Below the pieces are notes generated by a model. The model saw only the letters and a list, made by a program, of their open reading frames with translations. It made no database searches and was not told where the DNA came from. A program made the position numbers and the translations under genes. Of a stretch of DNA of 64,000 bases, positions 11,635 to 22,315 are shown piece after piece (position 1 is the first letter of the stretch; every line of letters starts with the position of its first letter). Source of the DNA: Candidatus Bathyarchaeota archaeon (GTDB lineage: Archaea; Thermoproteota; Bathyarchaeia; Bathyarchaeales; Bathycorpusculaceae); the NCBI GenBank assembly GCA_963815095.1, contig CAWFFH010000003.1:1184001-1248000 (forward strand). Reading direction: 5' to 3'.

Positions 11635-12531
11635 GTGACCATTAAAATTCTCGTTAGCGATAAAATATTTGATGAAGGCATAAGGCTTCTTGAAGAAAAA
11701 GGCTACCAAGTCACTCGGGCATGGGACACGCCGAAGTCTGAGTTGCCCAAAATCATTGCTGATTATGATGTGTTGATTGTGCGGTCAGCAACCAAAGTTA
11801 AAGGCGAACTGCTTGATAACGCCAAAAGGCTTCGCGTTATTGGGCGTGCTGGGGAAGGTTTAGATAATGTAGATTTTGAAAAAGCCAAAACCTTGGGCAT
11901 TGCTTTGGTGAATACGCCGCATGTTTCCTACATGAGCGTTGCAGAACTAACCATCGGGCACATGTTGGCGTTATCACGAAACATTGTGCAAGGAACAACC
12001 AGCCTTCGCGAGGGCAAATGGAAAAAGGAAGAATTAATGGGTCATGAAGTTAACGGCAAAACTTTGGGTGTTATAGGTTGCGGCTTCATTGGCAAAACTG
12101 TGGAGCGTTTAGCTTTGGCTTTGGGAATGAAAGTGTTGCCTGTCGAAGAATGCGTGTATGATCGTTTTGTTCCGCTTGGTGAAATGTTGCCTCAAGCTGA
12201 TTTCATTACAATTCATGTCCCCCTTACTCCTCACACGCACCACATGATATCTACTAAAGAGTTTAATCTAATGAAAAAAGGCGTTGGACTAATCGATTGT
12301 TCTCGAGGTGGAGTAGTGGATCAAGAAGCCCTCTACCAAGCTCTCGTCTCGGGCAAAGTCGCAGGTGCCGCACTCGACGTCTTCGAAGAAGAACCACCCA
12401 TAAATAGCAAACTCTTGACACTGAGCAACGTTATAGCTACGCCCCATATGGGTGCGCAAACTCATGAAGCACAATTCAAGGCAAGTATCCAAATAGCTAA
12501 AGCAGTTATTGAAGCGCTTGAAAAAAAATGA
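11635..12531 (+). CDS. serA: D-3-phosphoglycerate dehydrogenase (D-2-hydroxyacid dehydrogenase)
   Basis: VRSATKV, RAGEGLDNVD, GVIGCGFIG, ALDVFEEEP and TPHMGA motifs. Confidence 0.85.
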   Translation: MTIKILVSDKIFDEGIRLLEEKGYQVTRAWDTPKSELPKIIADYDVLIVRSATKVKGELLDNAKRLRVIGRAGEGLDNVDFEKAKTLGIALVNTPHVSYMSVAELTIGHMLALSRNIVQGTTSLREGKWKKEELMGHEVNGKTLGVIGCGFIGKTVERLALALGMKVLPVEECVYDRFVPLGEMLPQADFITIHVPLTPHTHHMISTKEFNLMKKGVGLIDCSRGGVVDQEALYQALVSGKVAGAALDVFEEEPPINSKLLTLSNVIATPHMGAQTHEAQFKASIQIAKAVIEALEKK

Positions 12532-12541
12532 GTTGTCCTGT

Positions 12542-13819
12542 TTGGTTGATGTTAGACCCTTTAAAGCCATAGGCTACACCCAGAAGGCGGGCAACGCAGA
12601 GGATTTGATAACTCAGCCATACGACAAAATAGACTTAGAAATGCAGAAAGCGTACTATGCGAAGTCGCCTTACAATTATTGCCGCTTGATTTTGCCTTTG
12701 GAAGAAAACAAGTACCAAGTCGCGAACGATCGCATTATGCTGTGGCTTAAGGAGGGTGTGATGGCAAAAGAAACCGAACCAACCATTTTTGTTTCACGTC
12801 AAGAATTTACTCTCGACGGAAAAAAATATGCCCGCACAGGCTTAATTGCGGCGCTCCGGCTTTACCCGTATAGCGAAAACATGGTGTTTCCCCACGAAGC
12901 AACCTACAAAGCCCCGAAAGCTGACCGCTTAAACATGCTTCGCACGGTGCAAAAGGATCTTGAACCTGTCTTCTTAATGTATCAAGACCCAGAAAACCTA
13001 ACCATCAACATTTTTAATGAAATCTCCAAAACAAAACCGGTCATTCAAGTCACCGACTCACTTGGTATCAAACATACTCTTTGGAAAATCAGCGCCCCCA
13101 AAACAATCCAGCAACTCCAAGCCATTCTATCCCCAAAAACCATGGTTATCAATGATGGTCACCATCGTTATGAAAGCGCCCTGGCCTACCGAGATGAAAT
13201 GCGGAGCAAGGGCAATTGGACCGAGGATTCAGCCTTCAACTTTCATATGAGTTACATGGTGCCCGTTCAAGAAGTAGGTCTTGTGGTTTTGCCAACGCAT
13301 AGGCTGCTTAAAGACTACAAGTTAACTGATGATTTGCTGCATGCCTTCAAGTTTTTCTTTGACGTCCAAGAAGTTCAACCTAACGTTGATGGATTAGAAA
13401 CTTTTCTCAATAAACACGTTAACGAGCATGCTTTCTGCATTTATGACGGTTCAAAAGCTTACGGACTACTGTTAAAGCACGACAAAGCAGTCTATGAATT
13501 TGTAAATGCTAATGTGTCTAAAGAAACCAAAATCTTTGACGTTGTTATCCTGCGAGATATAGTTTTCAAGTTTATCTTAAAAACTGGCGAGTTAAACATC
13601 GATGATAACATTCTTTATGTGCGTTGGACTAAGGCTGCAGTAGAAAAAATTGATCGTGGCGAAGCCAGCCTAGCGTTCCTTGTTAACCCGATTAGTGCTA
13701 AAACAGTTGCAGAAATAGCGCAACAACACGAACTCCTGCCAGAGAAAAGTACAGATTTTTATCCAAAACTGGTGTCGGGTTTGATGATGATGGATATTTC
13801 TGCTAGCGAAAAGCTATAG
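12542..13819 (+). CDS. DUF1015 family protein
   Basis: PYDKI, FPHEAT, DGHHRYE, PTHRL and KSTDFYPK motifs; usual neighbour of serA. Confidence 0.9.
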   Translation: MVDVRPFKAIGYTQKAGNAEDLITQPYDKIDLEMQKAYYAKSPYNYCRLILPLEENKYQVANDRIMLWLKEGVMAKETEPTIFVSRQEFTLDGKKYARTGLIAALRLYPYSENMVFPHEATYKAPKADRLNMLRTVQKDLEPVFLMYQDPENLTINIFNEISKTKPVIQVTDSLGIKHTLWKISAPKTIQQLQAILSPKTMVINDGHHRYESALAYRDEMRSKGNWTEDSAFNFHMSYMVPVQEVGLVVLPTHRLLKDYKLTDDLLHAFKFFFDVQEVQPNVDGLETFLNKHVNEHAFCIYDGSKAYGLLLKHDKAVYEFVNANVSKETKIFDVVILRDIVFKFILKTGELNIDDNILYVRWTKAAVEKIDRGEASLAFLVNPISAKTVAEIAQQHELLPEKSTDFYPKLVSGLMMMDISASEKL

Positions 13820-13910
13820 GCTCATTTTCTGTTTTAGCGTTTTCTTGATGAAAACAATTATTAAGCGATCGGTAGAAACTGAGAGCTAATCCTAAAAAGA
13901 GGAAAGAAAA

Positions 13911-14639
13911 ATGACTGAAACAGAAAAAATAGCATTACCCACTCCAATTTCACCTACAAAAAAATACGCTGCTGAACTGATTGGAACGATGGTTCTGGTA
14001 CTCATAGGCTGCGGTAGCGCGGTCATAGCCGGCTACAACATTGGATTCTCAGGCATCGCTTTTGCTTTCGGACTTGCAGTCTTAGCTATGGTTTACGCCA
14101 TAGGCGCAATTTCTGGCTGCCACATTAACCCAGCAATTTCGATATCGATGTTCGTCGCGGGAAAATTAAGCGCAAAAGATACAGCATTATATGTTGTTTT
14201 CCAATGCATAGGCGCAATAATCGGTGCGAGCATACTCTACGCAATAGCGGTCGGAAACCCCACATACAGCTTAGCTGTAAACGGTTTGGGACAAAACGGC
14301 TACGGCATTGCATCTCCAGCAGGTTACAATATGACCTCCGCCTTCATCGCTGAAATAGTCTTAACCTTCATATTCCTAATCGTTATCTTCGGCTCAACCA
14401 GTGAACGTGCACCTAAAGGATTCGCAGGCTTATCCATCGGCTTAACCCTAGTAATGATCCACCTTGTAGCAATACCAATCGACGGCACATCCGTGAACCC
14501 AGCAAGAAGCTTAGGCCCAGCACTCCTCATGGCTATAACAAACACCACAGCTCTAAGTCAACTTTGGCTATTCATCGTCGCACCAATAATCGGCGGAATC
14601 TTAGCAGCAATCGTCTGGAAAATCTTTAAACAAAAATAG
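13911..14639 (+). CDS. aqpZ: Aquaporin Z (MIP family)
   Basis: SGCHINPA and GTSVNPARS NPA motifs, 6 TM segments. Confidence 0.92.
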   Translation: MTETEKIALPTPISPTKKYAAELIGTMVLVLIGCGSAVIAGYNIGFSGIAFAFGLAVLAMVYAIGAISGCHINPAISISMFVAGKLSAKDTALYVVFQCIGAIIGASILYAIAVGNPTYSLAVNGLGQNGYGIASPAGYNMTSAFIAEIVLTFIFLIVIFGSTSERAPKGFAGLSIGLTLVMIHLVAIPIDGTSVNPARSLGPALLMAITNTTALSQLWLFIVAPIIGGILAAIVWKIFKQK

Positions 14640-14679
14640 AACAACTATTTCCTTTCTTTTTTATCTTTTTTGAAAAAAA

Positions 14680-14826
14680 TTATTTGACAAATTTTGTTGC
14701 GTGCCGTTTGAACCGTTTTTTACAAACAAGGCTGCAAAAATAGAATGTTTCTCCATCATAAGAAATTTTGAATTTCGCTGTATTCTCGTCTAGAACCATT
14801 CCGCAAACAGGATCTCTATATGACAT
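14680..14826 (-). CDS. YHS/TRASH-domain small metal-binding protein (48 aa, absent from ORF track)
   Basis: Manual translation MSYRDPVCGMVLDENTAKFKISYDGETFYFCSLVCKKRFKRHATKFVK*; DPVCGM...FYFCS..C signature. Confidence 0.9.
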   Translation of the reverse strand: MSYRDPVCGMVLDENTAKFKISYDGETFYFCSLVCKKRFKRHATKFVK

Positions 14827-14985
14827 TACTTGTAGGTAACCCTCAACCACAAGATTCTCTTTTCTTCCTATTATGGTTAGTGGTAGCTTAAACTAAAAGC
14901 AACGAGATTTCTTCGTCCCAAAACAATTTCTGACAACTATTTAAGGCTGGCAAAGTAAATTTGGAGAAATTTGCCATATAGTTGG

Positions 14986-15249
14986 TTAATCGTCTTCTGC
15001 GTCTTCTTTAGCTAACTCAACTGAAACTGAGTCATCGTGGCTGACGGCGTTTTTGCTTGTTTTCTTTTTGCTTGGTCCTTCATCTTCTCTTCCCTTCATG
15101 AAGCCTTCTTCAGCTGCGGTGATTTCGTCATCGTCGAGCATTTCTTCTCTTTCTTTTGAGTTGTATATGTCATCGGTTTCTTCTTCTATGTCAGGTTTGG
15201 GGTCTCCAGTAAAGAAGTGTGGTAGGGGCTTTTTTTTGGCTTTACTCAT
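14986..15249 (-). CDS. Small acidic hypothetical protein
   Basis: DIYNSKEREEMLDDDEITAAEEGFMKG; GGAGA ribosome-binding site upstream of ATG 15249. Confidence 0.65.
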   Translation of the reverse strand: MSKAKKKPLPHFFTGDPKPDIEEETDDIYNSKEREEMLDDDEITAAEEGFMKGREDEGPSKKKTSKNAVSHDDSVSVELAKEDAEDD

Positions 15250-15665
15250 TGTTATATATCTCCATTTAAGCTTCAAGCTTATGCTTTGTTAGATTCAACT
15301 TGTGCTTTTAAAGGCTTTTATGACTATGTGATTGGGGTTTGACAGTCACAAATCCGGAGATTAAGCATTACTTGCCAAAAATCAACAAACAAAATAACGA
15401 TAGTTACTGGAGTTATAATTTTTATGTGTTTAATTCTATTGATTACAAAAATGATCTAATTAAATTAAATTTTGATGGTTTTTAGTGGCAAACTACAATT
15501 TTTTGGTCAAAATAGTGCCTCAACGTGCCCTTTGCCTGAAATCTTGCTAAACCTTTTTATACGCGCCGCACCTTTTTTGGGCTGTCACATTAATCATGCT
15601 ATCACCAAAGCTTCTGAAGCTTTTAGAGACATCATGAAATATCCTGTGGCAGAAGAAACAAAAGT

Positions 15666-16823
15666 ATGCAAATTCAATCATTTAAGGACTTGCCATTATC
15701 ATGTGAAGTCCTAAAAAGTATAGCAGAACTCGGGTTTGATAGTCTTTTTCCAATTCAAGCTCAAGCAATAATCCCCTTACTCGAAGGCAAAGATGTCATC
15801 GGGCAAGCACAAACCGGAACAGGAAAAACAGCCGCTTTCGGCGTACCAATGGTTCAACGTATAAACCGTGAAATCCGTGGCGTTCAAGGATTAATTTTAG
15901 TTCCAACCCGCGAATTAGCTGTGCAAGTAGCTGAACAAATGACGCTTTTTGCGAAATACGCAAAACTGCGAGTTTTAGCTGTTTACGGTGGAGAATCAAT
16001 CAACAAACAAATCCACGCATTAGCCAGCGGAGTCCAAATCGTTGTCGGTACTCCTGGAAGATTAATCGACCTTATGGAAAGGCGCGTGTTAAATCTTTCA
16101 ACTGTAAAGATAGTGGTTCTTGATGAAGCTGATCGTATGCTCGATATGGGCTTCACCGAAGATGTTGAGTTCATTCTCTCAAAAACACCCAAAGACAGGC
16201 AAACAAGTCTTTTCAGTGCAACCATGGAACAATCAGTCATGCGCGTCTGCAACAAGTACATGAAGAACCCAGAGAAAATCCTCGTCAGCAAAGACGAAAT
16301 CGCATTAACCCAAATGAAACAGTTCTACACTGTCGTTAACCAAAACGGCAAATTCGGAGCACTCTGCGACATCTTACATGACGATCGCGTCGACAAAGCA
16401 ATAATTTTCTGCCGCACACGCAGAGAAACCAGCCGCCTCTCAGACCAACTCTACCGCAAAGGTTGCCGAGTACAAGCACTCCACGCAGGCTTCACACAAG
16501 CACAGCGAGACCGCGCAATCAGCGAGTTCAAAGCAGGCCGACTAAATCTACTTGTAGCAACTGACGTTGCAGCAAGGGGCTTAGACATCGAAGGTATAAC
16601 ACACATAATCAACTACGACGTACCAAACGACGCACCAGTTTACTTCCACCGCATAGGCAGAACTGCACGCAAAGGCGAAGAAGGCACAGCAATCACATTA
16701 GTTAGCTACGGCGAAATGTCAAACTTTAACCAAATCAAATCGCTGACCAAAACTAAAATCGAAGAAATCAAGCCAGCCTCTAATGAACGCAGCGAAGATT
16801 CGCCAATTCAAAGCTTTTACTAA
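15666..16823 (+). CDS. DEAD-box RNA helicase
   Basis: AQTGTGKT, PTRELA, TPGR, DEAD, SAT, ARGLD and HRIGRTAR motifs. Confidence 0.96.
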   Translation: MQIQSFKDLPLSCEVLKSIAELGFDSLFPIQAQAIIPLLEGKDVIGQAQTGTGKTAAFGVPMVQRINREIRGVQGLILVPTRELAVQVAEQMTLFAKYAKLRVLAVYGGESINKQIHALASGVQIVVGTPGRLIDLMERRVLNLSTVKIVVLDEADRMLDMGFTEDVEFILSKTPKDRQTSLFSATMEQSVMRVCNKYMKNPEKILVSKDEIALTQMKQFYTVVNQNGKFGALCDILHDDRVDKAIIFCRTRRETSRLSDQLYRKGCRVQALHAGFTQAQRDRAISEFKAGRLNLLVATDVAARGLDIEGITHIINYDVPNDAPVYFHRIGRTARKGEEGTAITLVSYGEMSNFNQIKSLTKTKIEEIKPASNERSEDSPIQSFY

Positions 16824-16908
16824 AAAGCTTTCTTTATTTTCTTTTTTCTTGTTTATTTTTAGGTTATTTCATTAAAACTTAAAAGAACATCGCACTTATT
16901 GTAGAGTC

Positions 16909-17838
16909 ATGAGCAAGCTCTTAAACGACGTCATTTCAGGTTTTGCAAGGTTCACAAATAAGAGTTTGATAAAAAACCTTCTCGTTACTACGCTTTGCGT
17001 ATTGTTTATTCTTGTTCTGGTTTTTTATCCTTATCAATATTACGAGTCAGCTGGCAGAAACGGAAACTCCGGCTTCCAAGTTGGCATCCATTATGTCTAT
17101 GAACAGGATTTCCTTGACCAGATTTATGGTCAAGTCACGCAGATTCATTATTTAGGCTTCAAAGCTATACGGATAACTCTTGAATGTAATCCGTTCGACT
17201 TCAACGATACCACAAACAAAAAAACGGATATGTTCTTTTCAGCTACCGCCAATTATGGTTTAGCCGTGGCACTAGTAATTCAAAACTTAGAGTCAATCGA
17301 TAAAGTGAACTATTATCTCACGCGTTGGGGAAGTCACCTATCGTACATCCAAGTTATGAATGAACCCGAGTTATCCTCAACTTGGTCCGTTGGATCAATA
17401 TTCTCTGATGATGAAATCGTCACTAACTTTGACCAGATGTACGCAACTGTTGCAGCTCACAATCTTCCCGTCCAACTCTACACCAATTTCGGAATCGGCT
17501 ACGTCCTCAGAAGTAACGTGCCTATTGAGGTTAGCAAAAAACTCGATTTCGTTGGCTTAGACATATTTATGGATTCTTTTCTTGTGCTCTCGCCGCATTT
17601 CATTCAAAACCTACAGGACATTACACACAAAAACGTGTTGATAACCGAGTATGGCATGTCGACGAGTAATGGTCAAACTCAAAGTGACTTCATAATCAAG
17701 GGGCTTAACCTTTTCAAAAGTATGGGTCTCCCGGGATGCTGGTTGGTTTACTGGAATAGTGCTTTTGACAATTATGGAATTCGGGGTAGAATCGCGGAAC
17801 AAGCAATAGGTGATTGGATTGCAAAAAATTCTAACTGA
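16909..17838 (+). CDS. Membrane-anchored glycoside hydrolase-like TIM-barrel protein (clan GH-A like)
   Basis: N-terminal TM helix; MNEPE acid/base and ITEYG nucleophile-like motifs. Confidence 0.65.
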   Translation: MSKLLNDVISGFARFTNKSLIKNLLVTTLCVLFILVLVFYPYQYYESAGRNGNSGFQVGIHYVYEQDFLDQIYGQVTQIHYLGFKAIRITLECNPFDFNDTTNKKTDMFFSATANYGLAVALVIQNLESIDKVNYYLTRWGSHLSYIQVMNEPELSSTWSVGSIFSDDEIVTNFDQMYATVAAHNLPVQLYTNFGIGYVLRSNVPIEVSKKLDFVGLDIFMDSFLVLSPHFIQNLQDITHKNVLITEYGMSTSNGQTQSDFIIKGLNLFKSMGLPGCWLVYWNSAFDNYGIRGRIAEQAIGDWIAKNSN

Positions 17839-18271
17839 AAATAGAGTCTTTAACCATTTGCGGCATTTGCATTTAGTAGAGAAGCTTCTGCTTCAAGGCT
17901 TGATTTTAGCCGTCATATTGATTGTTGTGAAGATTCAGTTGGACGGTGCAGCGGTCGCTTTTATCGATTATATGCCACCCATAGGGTTTGCTCTTTTAAT
18001 TTTCTTAACATACTTCGTTCAACCAATACTTCTAGGTGTTGTCAACATATTCATCATAAACACTCTCTTCGGGACTAAAGGTTGGCAAGTAGGTTTTTGG
18101 CTTAACGGTGTATTTTTGCTCCTTGCATTTACAACCATCAACCTTGTTCTGCAAATGGTCCTAAACTTGACTTTCACATACGTCGCCGTAATCGATCTTG
18201 TCCTTTTGGCCTTTCCATTTGGTTGCTTAGCTCGCTTTAGTAACGGTGGATGGAAAAAACCCATCGACTAA
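17810..18271 (+). CDS. Hypothetical membrane protein
   Basis: 4 hydrophobic segments; start uncertain. Confidence 0.6.
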   Translation: MIGLQKILTENRVFNHLRHLHLVEKLLLQGLILAVILIVVKIQLDGAAVAFIDYMPPIGFALLIFLTYFVQPILLGVVNIFIINTLFGTKGWQVGFWLNGVFLLLAFTTINLVLQMVLNLTFTYVAVIDLVLLAFPFGCLARFSNGGWKKPID

Positions 18272-18353
18272 CCTCTAACCATGCTGCAACTCAATTAGCT
18301 GTTTGGGGATTTTCTGTAAAAGATTAAGTGAGGGCTTGTGAAAGGGTAACGTT

Positions 18354-19160
18354 ATGGTTGATGTTTCGCTGCTTATTCGTCTTGTTTTGGAGTTTGCTGT
18401 AGGCAGTTTATGGGTAATAGTAATTACACTTGTTGCGGAAAAGAAGGGTAGTGTTCTTGGAGGTGTTTTGGGCGGTCTTCCCTCAACCTCCGCTTTCTCT
18501 TTTTTCTTCATCGGCATCAACCAATCCTCGACCGCTGCTGTTCAGGCAACCACCGTTTTCCCTTTAGCCTTCGCAGTCACCATTGTATACTTGTTCTTTT
18601 TTGCCTATTTTACCAAGAAAAGTTTCAGCAATGGCATAATAATTTCACTTTCTATGTGGTTTGTAGTTTCTGCCTTAATTGTTGTCTCTGGGCTTAGAGA
18701 TTTTTGGGTTGCCCTATTTGGCGGAACCATAATTTCTCTTACAACTTATTTTGCTTTCACTAAAAAGCTGAAGTTGCCCAACCTAAAAGGTAAACAAAAA
18801 CTCTACAAACCCCACGAAATCTTGTTTCGCGGCGTTGGTGCTGGGTCTTTGGTTGCGGTTTCAGTGCTTTTGAGCCAAATTGGAGGACCAATATTGGGTG
18901 GTATAGCTGCGGCATTTCCAGCAGTTTTTACTTCAACCCTGATAATTCTCAACAGAAGCAAAGGGACAGAATTCTCTCGCGCAATAACAAAGCCCTTGGT
19001 GTTTTCTGGTATCCTAACGATTTTTCCTTATTGCGTAGCGGTGAGATATTCTTATCCGGTCTTCGGGGTTTGGCTCGGGACCTTAATCTCCTATGTCATT
19101 GTTGTTCCATTGGCAATTCTTTCTTATCGAAGTCAAACTATAGAGAAAGTTCTGCTATAA
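18354..19160 (+). CDS. DUF3147-like multi-pass membrane protein
   Basis: Two internal repeats (GGVLGGLP and GGIAAAFP). Confidence 0.65.
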   Translation: MVDVSLLIRLVLEFAVGSLWVIVITLVAEKKGSVLGGVLGGLPSTSAFSFFFIGINQSSTAAVQATTVFPLAFAVTIVYLFFFAYFTKKSFSNGIIISLSMWFVVSALIVVSGLRDFWVALFGGTIISLTTYFAFTKKLKLPNLKGKQKLYKPHEILFRGVGAGSLVAVSVLLSQIGGPILGGIAAAFPAVFTSTLIILNRSKGTEFSRAITKPLVFSGILTIFPYCVAVRYSYPVFGVWLGTLISYVIVVPLAILSYRSQTIEKVLL

Positions 19161-19445
19161 TGCTTGGGCTTGTAAAATTATTGGTAATCTATTTTATTTG
19201 AAAATGTATTGTGCTAGAAATCCCTTGTTATGGAAGGTGGTTTTTGTATCTTTAGTAGATGCAACAATTGGTTTTCAGAATCGCTGTTGCAGCAGCATCA
19301 GCAGCAGCAACTTCTCGGGTTTTCATGACTGGTTCATTGTTCAATTCTTAACAGGCAGAAAAGTCAAATTATTTTAGATATGAAAAAATCGCTTGCTGTT
19401 CATCAATAGATTTGAATGGAAAAAAAGAAAAGACTGCGTCAATGG

Positions 19446-21140
19446 CTATTTTTTGTTGTTTGAGTACCATTGGCTAAGGTCTGAGTGGCAGAAGGGGCAG
19501 GATCCTTTGGTGTGGAGAAGTTTGTTTCCGCAGTTGGGGCAGAAGGCGGTATCTGGTTTCTGGGCAGGGGTAGCTGATGTTTCTGTTGCCTCTTGGGAGA
19601 TTTTTTGTGCGCGGGTCTTTTTGGGCGTGCTTGATTGTTTTTTATTGCGTGCAACCAAGAGAAGTGCGACTATCACAATGATGGCTATCAGAAGAATGGC
19701 TGCTAAAATCATGGGGTTCGACAGAGGGCTTGTAGGACCTTTTATGGAATTCGTCGTTGGTGTTGCGGTAATTACTATCAGGGGAGTAGCAGGAGTAGCT
19801 GTGGGCGTAGGTTGATTCCACCACTGATTGATTGAAGACGCATCGTAAGCAGAGACATGGGACTGTAAGTCAAGTTGGCTAAATCCAGTTTGCACTCCAG
19901 CTGGAAGTGTCAACATCTGGTTTGCTGTTACAGTAATGTTGCTGTTAGTGTATTGATCAACAAATATGACTGAGCCATCCATAACTTGGATCGTTGTTGA
20001 ATCGTTAGAAACTGTCACAACATAGTCGGTTCCAGCGCCCATTACCAATCCTTGAGGCACCTGAACTGGTCTTACGTTGCAGGTTCCATCTTGGGGCGAA
20101 ATTTGTTCATGAACGTATGCGATACCTGTGCCCAACAATAACGTTCCTTCAACGATTGCTGCACCTGTTAAAGCAATAGGAAGTGTCTCGCCCAAAATCA
20201 GCATGCCAACGCCGATTTCTATGGGAAGCGTTATGGCGATTTGCCCGAACTCGTCAGATTCCACCCCTGTTTCAAAAGGAATTGAACCTGTGGTTGGTGA
20301 GGGCACGGCAGCGTAAGTTATGTTTCCATTTAAAGGATCAGTTTGGGGCTGAAGATATAGCCATCCAGCATCGGAGTTTGCTCCCAAATATAAGGTTCCG
20401 CCATTGTCTGGATAGTTGAAAATCACCATTCCATCTCCGCCTGTTTGAATTTCTGTTCCCGTGCCGATGGAGCTTTGGGTGGTGACTGCTGCGCCGGTTT
20501 CTGCAAAAACCGCTGACCCCTGGACCTGAGAAACGCCTGTTAATTGGTCTAATGTAGGTGGAGCGGGCGCCGGGGTTGGAGTCGCAGTTGGCGCTATCGT
20601 GGCAAAAGGAGGCATAGTGGCTGATGAACCATCTCGTAGCACAATTATTCCGTTTGTGTCAGTTGTTTCGGAGGGTCCAGTTAATGTTGCAGTTATGATG
20701 TCGGTGGTGAAGGTTCCAGCTAGATGTTCCCCGTTTCCTGTACTTGAACCCAACTCATCAGCAGTAAAGCTTGCGCCGGAAACTGTCCCGCTAAACACAA
20801 TTTGATTAAACCCAACAATAGGAACACCACCATAACCATATTCATTCAAGTAGGCAGGATCTGTAACTGAACTTAACTCATCAACATTCAACACTATACT
20901 TAGCGAATTACCACTTTGAGTAATAATCATAGTATACGTTACACTTACATCATTCATTCGCATGGTTGGGTCAAAAGAATCCATTTCATAGTACTTTTCA
21001 GGGATAGCGTTTTTCCATGTTCCAGTTAAATCTCTAGCAGGTGTTAGAGCATCCAGCGGCGCTATCAGTACCGCAAGCAGCAATAGACCTACAATAATTG
21101 GTGTAATAATTTTGAAGTTAGTAACTTTATTTTTTTGCAT
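19446..21140 (-). CDS. Cell-surface protein with FecR-like domain, TM anchor and C-terminal double zinc ribbon
   Basis: Signal peptide; IQTGGDG...GTDYVVTV...VMDGSV FecR-like pattern; Pro/Thr linkers; CPNCG...CPFC tail. Confidence 0.7.
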   Translation of the reverse strand: MQKNKVTNFKIITPIIVGLLLLAVLIAPLDALTPARDLTGTWKNAIPEKYYEMDSFDPTMRMNDVSVTYTMIITQSGNSLSIVLNVDELSSVTDPAYLNEYGYGGVPIVGFNQIVFSGTVSGASFTADELGSSTGNGEHLAGTFTTDIITATLTGPSETTDTNGIIVLRDGSSATMPPFATIAPTATPTPAPAPPTLDQLTGVSQVQGSAVFAETGAAVTTQSSIGTGTEIQTGGDGMVIFNYPDNGGTLYLGANSDAGWLYLQPQTDPLNGNITYAAVPSPTTGSIPFETGVESDEFGQIAITLPIEIGVGMLILGETLPIALTGAAIVEGTLLLGTGIAYVHEQISPQDGTCNVRPVQVPQGLVMGAGTDYVVTVSNDSTTIQVMDGSVIFVDQYTNSNITVTANQMLTLPAGVQTGFSQLDLQSHVSAYDASSINQWWNQPTPTATPATPLIVITATPTTNSIKGPTSPLSNPMILAAILLIAIIVIVALLLVARNKKQSSTPKKTRAQKISQEATETSATPAQKPDTAFCPNCGNKLLHTKGSCPFCHSDLSQWYSNNKK

Positions 21141-21389
21141 ATGGACTCTCTTCCATTCAAGCGCGTTACCGACATTATTATTAACCTTTCAGGAGCCCTA
21201 CTCAATAGTACTAATCAACAGCTTGCCGCGTGAACCTGTGTAAAAATAGAGTTTGTACTTGAGGCAAAACAAAGAATAAACGTTTTTGAAATTTTTTTAC
21301 ATCTACATTCAAGACGACGATGTTGTCGTTGGTTGCTGGGTCTTTTTGCCTCCAAAATAATTCTGTTGTGATATCAATAATTCTTATTG

Positions 21390-22304
21390 TTATTTTTTTG
21401 GCAAAAGTTCAGCGAGCTCAGCGGTTGCTACACATACTGTGCTGTCGGCGGCACCGTAATAAATTAGAAGTTGGTTATCCATCATAACTTGTCCACAGCT
21501 GAAAACTACGTTAGGGACTTTTCCATAGCGTTCATAATCTTCTGTCGGAGTAAGAATTGGTTCTTTCGAGCGGTAGAGCACTTTCTCAGGGTCGTTTTTG
21601 TCCAGTAGGGCAACGCCCAACGAGTAGACTCTGTCCATGCTTACTCCATGATAGATTAGTAGCCAGCCTTCGTTTATTAAAATTGGCGGTCCTGCGGCGC
21701 CTACTTTCCATGAATCCCAGCTATTTTCTCGAGTACCTAGAATATATTTTAAGCCGTACCAGCGATTTAGATCGTTTGAGCGAGCGATGCAAAGGTCAGG
21801 TTCTAATCTGTGAAACATTACATAGTCGCCGTGTATTTTCTGAGGAAATAGAACTGCATCTTTATTGTGTATTCCTGGAAAAGCCAAAGTTCTTTCACCC
21901 CAGTTCCATTTTCTAGCTAAAAAATCATCCACGTTTATGGATGTTAATGCGATTTGGTATACTTGATGTTGAAAGTGGGTTCCAAAGGCTGTATAAGCCA
22001 TAACTAATGAATTGTCAAATAGAGTTAGACGGGGATCCTCGCAACCTTGGCATTCGATCTCATTTGTTGGGCTGAAAACTGGTAGGGGTAAACGTTCATC
22101 TATGTTGTAGCCGTCCGAAGAAGCTGCTAGTCCTAGGCGTGAAATGTTATCTGTGCCCATTGCTCTGTATAGAAGGTGGACCCGGTTGTTAGCGGCAAAA
22201 GCTGCTGCATTGAAAACTAAGCTTGATTCCCAAACATGTGTGCCTATAGGCTCAAGTATAGGATTATGCGCGTACCTTATCACCGTTCTTTCTCCCCGTG
22301 TCAT
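21390..22304 (-). CDS. GH130-family glycosidase/phosphorylase
   Basis: VFNAAA, GCEDPR, NKDAVLFP, PNVVFSCG and YYGAAD motifs. Confidence 0.9.
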   Translation of the reverse strand: MTRGERTVIRYAHNPILEPIGTHVWESSLVFNAAAFAANNRVHLLYRAMGTDNISRLGLAASSDGYNIDERLPLPVFSPTNEIECQGCEDPRLTLFDNSLVMAYTAFGTHFQHQVYQIALTSINVDDFLARKWNWGERTLAFPGIHNKDAVLFPQKIHGDYVMFHRLEPDLCIARSNDLNRWYGLKYILGTRENSWDSWKVGAAGPPILINEGWLLIYHGVSMDRVYSLGVALLDKNDPEKVLYRSKEPILTPTEDYERYGKVPNVVFSCGQVMMDNQLLIYYGAADSTVCVATAELAELLPKK

Positions 22305-22315
22305 CTCTTTTGCAG

